A stretch of DNA of 64,000 bases, taken from positions 27,347 through 91,346 of the forward strand of contig JAOARD010000040.1 in the NCBI GenBank assembly GCA_025210735.1, read 5' to 3'. How positions within the stretch are numbered: the first letter of the stretch is position 1; the number at the start of each line of letters is the position of its first letter. Shown one piece after another: positions 58,785 through 64,000 of the stretch. Both the position numbers and the translations under genes were made by a program. The DNA comes from Bacteroidales bacterium (GTDB lineage: Bacteria > Bacteroidota > Bacteroidia > Bacteroidales > UBA6680). The notes beneath the pieces were generated by a model. That model saw only the letters and a list, made by a program, of their open reading frames with translations, did not search any database and was not told the origin of the DNA.

Positions 58785-61166
58785 ATGAAGAAATTTTATT
58801 TACTATTATTTGCATTTCTTATATCCGTTTCAGGGTATACACAACAGGTCTCCATATACGATATGGATAATGTTGGGATACACGATAACTCAATTTCATG
58901 TATAAAAGAGATAGATGGTTACCTATGGATAGGTAATGCTCATGGCTGTTCTCGTTTTGATGGGGAAACATGGAAGCACTATTCTTATACTGATATGGGA
59001 GCAGAGTACAATTATATCTGGGTGTACGATATGCTAAAAGGAGACGATGGAAACATCTGGGCCTGCGGGAATGCAGGTGTATTTAAATTTGATGGTGAAG
59101 ACTGGACTCTGTATGAGTCGGGAGTAGATTTGAAGTATTACAATCTATTAGATATGGAGAAAGATTCTAAAGGGAATCTTTGGTTTGTAGGGAGTAATGG
59201 TGTGTATTCATATTTTTATAAGCTTGATACTTATGGTATGAAGTGGACGCTTTATGATAAAGCAAAATTTGGAACGAAGATAAAGAGAGTTCTTAACACC
59301 ATTACTATTGGAGAGAATGACGAGATAAGTTTTTTGTCGTCTAAGAAAGGATTTGTAAAGTTTGATGGAACAGATCTTATAGAGACACCTGCAATAACAT
59401 CATTTAATGTAGCTATTGATAAAGACAACTATACGTGGTCTGGTAGTTTTGGAGATCCAGAGGGACTTGTTAAGTACGATAAGGATTATAAGATTGTTAA
59501 GCAGTATAAAAAAGATAATTCAGCTATTCCGTTTGAGTATGTTGGTAGAATTGGATATAACAAAGAGGAAGAAACCGTATGGTTTGCTTCTAGTGCCTCG
59601 GTAATGACAGCTGCTGGAATTATGTCATTTGATGAAAAAAAGGAGTTCTTCTTATTATTTGGCACATTCTCAGGACTACCTCACAATAAAGTCTCTAGAA
59701 TGTTTTTTAAAGGAGAAAAAGCATATTTAGGAACAGATTATAATGGTGTTGTAGAGATTGATTTTAATAAAACACCATATCTGGATGTAGATCATGGAGT
59801 AGTAACAGTTAATGTTGTAGAGGGTACTACAGTATCTGTCCCTATGAATATTATTAACAAAGGTGGTGGAACATTAGACTATAAGGTAGTTTTGTCAAAT
59901 GCAGCACCATGGTTAGGAGTTGTAGGAGGTAATGGTTCTGTTAATGCCGGTGATAAGGTAAAGCAGAATCTGGTATATGACGCAATGACCCTTAAACAAG
60001 GAGATAAATTTGAGACAAAATTCAGAATAGAATCGAATGGAGGATATGGTTTCATCAGAGTTGTTATGAATGTAGTGGCTAACCCTGGTTTACAGCCTCC
60101 GGGAGAACTTAATGCAGAGAAGCAAGGAGAGCTTAACCACTATAAATTAACCTGGACAAAAAGTACAGATACAGAATCAGGACTTACCCCTGTAGCTTAT
60201 AAGATATTCAGAGATAATAAGATGGTTGCAGAAGTTTCTGAACTAACATATGTTGATAAGATAGGAAACAGTGCGGCAACTTATGAGTATTATGTAACCG
60301 CAATATATGATAACCCTAATTATGAAACAGCAGCATCAGAAAAGATATCGGTTACAACTACAGCAATATCAAAACCATCGCCTGTAATATCATATAATAA
60401 CGAAGCTACAATAAGTGCAGGTAAAGGTGTTGTAATTAAAGATGTTACTGAAAGCATTCCTGCTGCTACAGCAAGAATGTGGAAGATAACACCTGATACA
60501 TACGAGTTTGCTTCTGGTTCTGAATCATCAGAGAGTATTAATGTAATTTTCAGAGAACCGGGCGATTATGCCATAGAGCTGATTGTAACAAATGCTGTTG
60601 GAGCAGGAACATCAATAGAGAGTATAACAGTTAGTAATAAGGTGTTTGAAGCTCCTGTAAACCTTAAGGTTGACTTTGATAATAAAACAAGAAATATATC
60701 AGCTGTATGGGAAAAACCTTCTGATATATCAGGTATTACATCATATAAGGTGTACAGAGATAATTCAGAGGTATCTGAGGTTTCGGAACTACTGTTTAAA
60801 GAGATTTTAGAGAATGCTGATGCTACTTATAAATATCATGTTACGGCAGTATACAGCGATCCTGATGGCGAATCAGAAGCATCTAATGTTGTAACAATTA
60901 AGACTGTAAAAGGAACTACTTCTGTTGATGGATCAGAAAATATCGATGTATCTGTATACCCTAATCCTAATAACGGAACATTCAGATTGAAGATGAATAA
61001 CGGAGATAATGGTAAGTGGTATCTGATTGATGTTAACGGAAAGGTTGTACAGAGTGATATAACAACATCTGATATAACTACAATAAATGTTGATAAGTCA
61101 GGTGTATACCTTCTTAAAGTAGAGGTTGGTAACAGTACTAAAATAGTTAAGATAGTAGTAAGATAG
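58785..61166 (+). CDS. T9SS C-terminal sorting-domain surface protein with Reg_prop-like beta-propeller and Fn3-like domains
   Basis: Signal peptide; repeated propeller blades with W/Y motifs; C-terminal VSVYPNPNNGTFRLKMNNG...YLLKVEVGNSTKIVKIVV matches the T9SS type A CTD. Confidence 0.75.
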   Translation: MKKFYLLLFAFLISVSGYTQQVSIYDMDNVGIHDNSISCIKEIDGYLWIGNAHGCSRFDGETWKHYSYTDMGAEYNYIWVYDMLKGDDGNIWACGNAGVFKFDGEDWTLYESGVDLKYYNLLDMEKDSKGNLWFVGSNGVYSYFYKLDTYGMKWTLYDKAKFGTKIKRVLNTITIGENDEISFLSSKKGFVKFDGTDLIETPAITSFNVAIDKDNYTWSGSFGDPEGLVKYDKDYKIVKQYKKDNSAIPFEYVGRIGYNKEEETVWFASSASVMTAAGIMSFDEKKEFFLLFGTFSGLPHNKVSRMFFKGEKAYLGTDYNGVVEIDFNKTPYLDVDHGVVTVNVVEGTTVSVPMNIINKGGGTLDYKVVLSNAAPWLGVVGGNGSVNAGDKVKQNLVYDAMTLKQGDKFETKFRIESNGGYGFIRVVMNVVANPGLQPPGELNAEKQGELNHYKLTWTKSTDTESGLTPVAYKIFRDNKMVAEVSELTYVDKIGNSAATYEYYVTAIYDNPNYETAASEKISVTTTAISKPSPVISYNNEATISAGKGVVIKDVTESIPAATARMWKITPDTYEFASGSESSESINVIFREPGDYAIELIVTNAVGAGTSIESITVSNKVFEAPVNLKVDFDNKTRNISAVWEKPSDISGITSYKVYRDNSEVSEVSELLFKEILENADATYKYHVTAVYSDPDGESEASNVVTIKTVKGTTSVDGSENIDVSVYPNPNNGTFRLKMNNGDNGKWYLIDVNGKVVQSDITTSDITTINVDKSGVYLLKVEVGNSTKIVKIVVR

Positions 61167-61357
61167 AATTACTCCATTATATAACGAAATATTTGTAAGC
61201 ATTACTTTTCCAAATGTTTCAATAACAATAAGAAGGGCTGTGTGCATACTTGCAGCTCTTCTTTAAACAAAATTTTAGTTGCCGTAATATACGGCAGTAA
61301 CAGATGATTGCATATAAATAATATGTAACGCATTTAACAAATTAAAAAAGACAAATA

Positions 61358-64000
61358 ATGAGACGAAATATATTTATTAAAGCACTCTTGTTAATGCTTA
61401 TTGTGTTTGGTATTCATCATGCCTCAAAAGCACAAGCAGGATCGTATTGTGAGAGTACAGCAAAATATGTGTACAGAGCACCGCATATCAAGAATGTAAC
61501 CTATGGTACTGTAAATAATAACTCATATAGTTCCAGATATAAGGATTATACCGATAAATTTTCAGCATTTGAGAGAGGTGCAACATTTGATCTTAGTGTA
61601 ACAACAAAGTACGGTATAGGTGCTTTTGTTTTTGTTTGGGTTGACTGGAATAAAAACTACGATTTCGAAGAGTCGGAGAAGATGATAGTGAAGTACCCTG
61701 GTACAGAGACTGCAACTATTCAGCTTACAGTTCCTGACGATGCTGTTTTAGGTAATACACGTATGCGTATTACATGTGCTAGACCAATGCTGTTTACAGC
61801 GTGTACGCCTATATTAGAAAATGGAGGAGAGGTTGAGGACTATACTGTATATATTACAGACAGACCTGTTTCTGATCAGTTAGCTAAGCCTGCATATTAT
61901 ACTGCTGTAAATAATAATAAGCAGATAAAAATGTATTGGCTTGCACCAGATGAGACACCGATAATGAGAAGCCCTGAGGATTTTGAACAGGGACTATTTC
62001 CACCCGCTGGTTGGCAGATTAAAACATCAACAGATATAAATTCAGAGCCTCAAGACATCACAACAACAAACCTAACAACATGGTCACTGAATAAAAGCGA
62101 TTTATATCTGGGATCGGGACAATTTTCAGCAGTAATACCTTATCAGGCAGAAAATTGTAACTGGCTAATTACACCAGAAGTAGCTATACAGGATTCAAAG
62201 GAGTTAAGTTTTGATCTGTTCTTTCTTAATGGTAACAGTTTAAGTGAGATGGATATAATGGTATATTCTGATTCACAATGGACAAGTATTAAAAACTACA
62301 ATAGTACATCGGAATCTAATCCTATGACAGAGAAGGTTAAGTTAGATCTTTCTGCATATGCAGGAAAGAGTATTAAGATAGCCTTTGTTCAGACATATAC
62401 AGATGGTTATAATATGGCTATTGATAATGTAAATATTGGTGATAAATCTGCTGATATTACATCAAAAAAATCTGATATAGATTTTCCGCCTCTATTGTTT
62501 GAAGAGGCAAAGAGACCAATTACTGAATTAATAATAAATAATATTGCAGTTGCTAATAATAGTGTAAACAGATCAACAGCAACTCTTGAAGGTTTTAAGG
62601 TATTTGTTAATAACACAATTGTAAACCTTGGATCTGATGCCAGAGAGTATATAATTGATAATGCTGAATTAGGCACCTATAAATGTTCTGTAGCTGCTGT
62701 ATACGATACAGGTGAGTCGTTACGTGATTTTATTGATGTTGAGACAAAGAATCCAAAGGTAAAAATTAAGGTTGATAAGGATCTTGCAGGTGTTGGAGAA
62801 GAGGTGACATTAACTGCACATATTAAAGGATATTACTCATCGTTAAGCTGGGATTTGGGATCTGATTCAGATCCTGTTACATCTGATAAAAAAGAGGTTA
62901 AGGTAAAGTATTCTAAGTTAGGAAACAGAGATATTTCTCTTACTCTTAATGGAGATTTAACTATTAAGAAAGAAGATCTGGTAAGGATAGTAGTTGGTTC
63001 AGCTGGTATTGACCCTATAGAGGATGTTAAAACGGTTTGCGGTTTTGATAATGTTAAGATTTCATGGCCGTCAATAACCGGAGATTATGCTGATTTTGCA
63101 AAGATTAATATCTATCGTAACGATGTTATAGTTCATACATTTAATAATGATGAGGCAACAGAGTGGACAGATGAGAATTTGAGTACCGGAGAGTATAACT
63201 ACTATCTTACTGTGGTTAACAACTCAGATAAAGAGTCGTATCCAAGCAATATGTCTACAGCAAGGGTTTATAATATAGTATCGCCTCCTTATAATATGGA
63301 TTTTGAATCTGATTATAACGATTGGATTTTAAATGACAACAAATACTCGCTTAAAGTTGGAACAACGGCTGATTTCAACAAGGAGACATTTGATTTCCCT
63401 GATCATAGCGGTAAATATATTGGAGTAAATACTTCTGATCTGGAAAGAAATAATTACGGATATCCTCTTGTAAGAGATACAATGTGTTTTTCTGCATTTA
63501 ACCTGGAAGGTATAGGAAGAGCGTTTTTAGAGTTCGACTATTTTTCAGAGATAGAGCTGGCATATATTATCTGTAGAGCTAATCCTACTGCTGAGTGGGA
63601 GGTTCTTAAAGTTCTACCACATAATTCTAACTGGAGTAGCGTTAGTGTTACATTACCAGATAAGGTATTAGCTAATGGATATCAGTTTGCATTTGTTTAT
63701 TCAAACCAAAAGAAGGGTTCAAACGGATTTGCAATTGATAATATTGCTGTTACAGCTAATGAGGGTAAACATTTAACTATTAGATATAATGGTCTTAAGT
63801 TAGATAGTGGTAAGACTGTAGATCTGGGTATAACTAAACCTAATATGCCAAGAGATTATGAAATGATTATTCATAATATTGGAAATGAGGATGTTCAGAT
63901 ATCTGATTTATCACTTACTAATGATAAGTTTGTTATTAAAGGCGATGCAATAAATAATGTAACTCTTGCAGCTAATGGGTATTTGAAACTTGAATTTACA
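61358..64000 (+). CDS. GEVED-domain surface protein with Fn3-like repeats (3' partial, runs off window)
   Basis: Signal peptide MRRNIFIKALLLMLIVFGIHHASKAQA; ENGGEVEDYTVYI is the GEVED signature; open frame continues to the window end. Confidence 0.65.
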   Translation, partial: MRRNIFIKALLLMLIVFGIHHASKAQAGSYCESTAKYVYRAPHIKNVTYGTVNNNSYSSRYKDYTDKFSAFERGATFDLSVTTKYGIGAFVFVWVDWNKNYDFEESEKMIVKYPGTETATIQLTVPDDAVLGNTRMRITCARPMLFTACTPILENGGEVEDYTVYITDRPVSDQLAKPAYYTAVNNNKQIKMYWLAPDETPIMRSPEDFEQGLFPPAGWQIKTSTDINSEPQDITTTNLTTWSLNKSDLYLGSGQFSAVIPYQAENCNWLITPEVAIQDSKELSFDLFFLNGNSLSEMDIMVYSDSQWTSIKNYNSTSESNPMTEKVKLDLSAYAGKSIKIAFVQTYTDGYNMAIDNVNIGDKSADITSKKSDIDFPPLLFEEAKRPITELIINNIAVANNSVNRSTATLEGFKVFVNNTIVNLGSDAREYIIDNAELGTYKCSVAAVYDTGESLRDFIDVETKNPKVKIKVDKDLAGVGEEVTLTAHIKGYYSSLSWDLGSDSDPVTSDKKEVKVKYSKLGNRDISLTLNGDLTIKKEDLVRIVVGSAGIDPIEDVKTVCGFDNVKISWPSITGDYADFAKINIYRNDVIVHTFNNDEATEWTDENLSTGEYNYYLTVVNNSDKESYPSNMSTARVYNIVSPPYNMDFESDYNDWILNDNKYSLKVGTTADFNKETFDFPDHSGKYIGVNTSDLERNNYGYPLVRDTMCFSAFNLEGIGRAFLEFDYFSEIELAYIICRANPTAEWEVLKVLPHNSNWSSVSVTLPDKVLANGYQFAFVYSNQKKGSNGFAIDNIAVTANEGKHLTIRYNGLKLDSGKTVDLGITKPNMPRDYEMIIHNIGNEDVQISDLSLTNDKFVIKGDAINNVTLAANGYLKLEFT

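Overview
This window looks like a low-GC Bacteroidota chromosome segment, judged from T9SS sorting domains, a split LanB, absence of Shine-Dalgarno sites and TAnnTTTG-type promoters. Housekeeping genes (mpl-like Mur ligase, tRNA-Glu, rpsT, an unlisted SRP RNA, tal/fsa, tsaC, flotillin-NfeD, nucleoside transporter, cyclophilin) are interleaved with three accessory blocks. First, 15.4-31.3 kb holds a complete contractile phage-tail module (sheath, tube, frameshifted chaperone, tape measure, baseplate, repeat-rich tail fibre). It has no head or packaging genes, so it is a candidate tailocin. It ends in three tandem divergent minimal nucleotidyltransferase-fold paralogs. Second, 36.4-44.5 kb holds a class I lanthipeptide locus: LanC, 11 tandem precursor genes plus one decayed copy, and a split LanB. 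No protease or transporter lies in the window. Third, a roughly 100-bp conserved element with imperfect terminal inverted repeats occurs five times, always abutting the start codon of the downstream gene (XRE regulator, tail fibre, a secreted protein, lanB) and carrying a small upstream ORF. There are also two Panacea-domain antitoxin modules, a tRNA-adjacent regulator islet, a short GGCACGAG repeat family, and T9SS/GEVED surface proteins at the 3' end. No CRISPR array, rRNA or transposase gene was seen.
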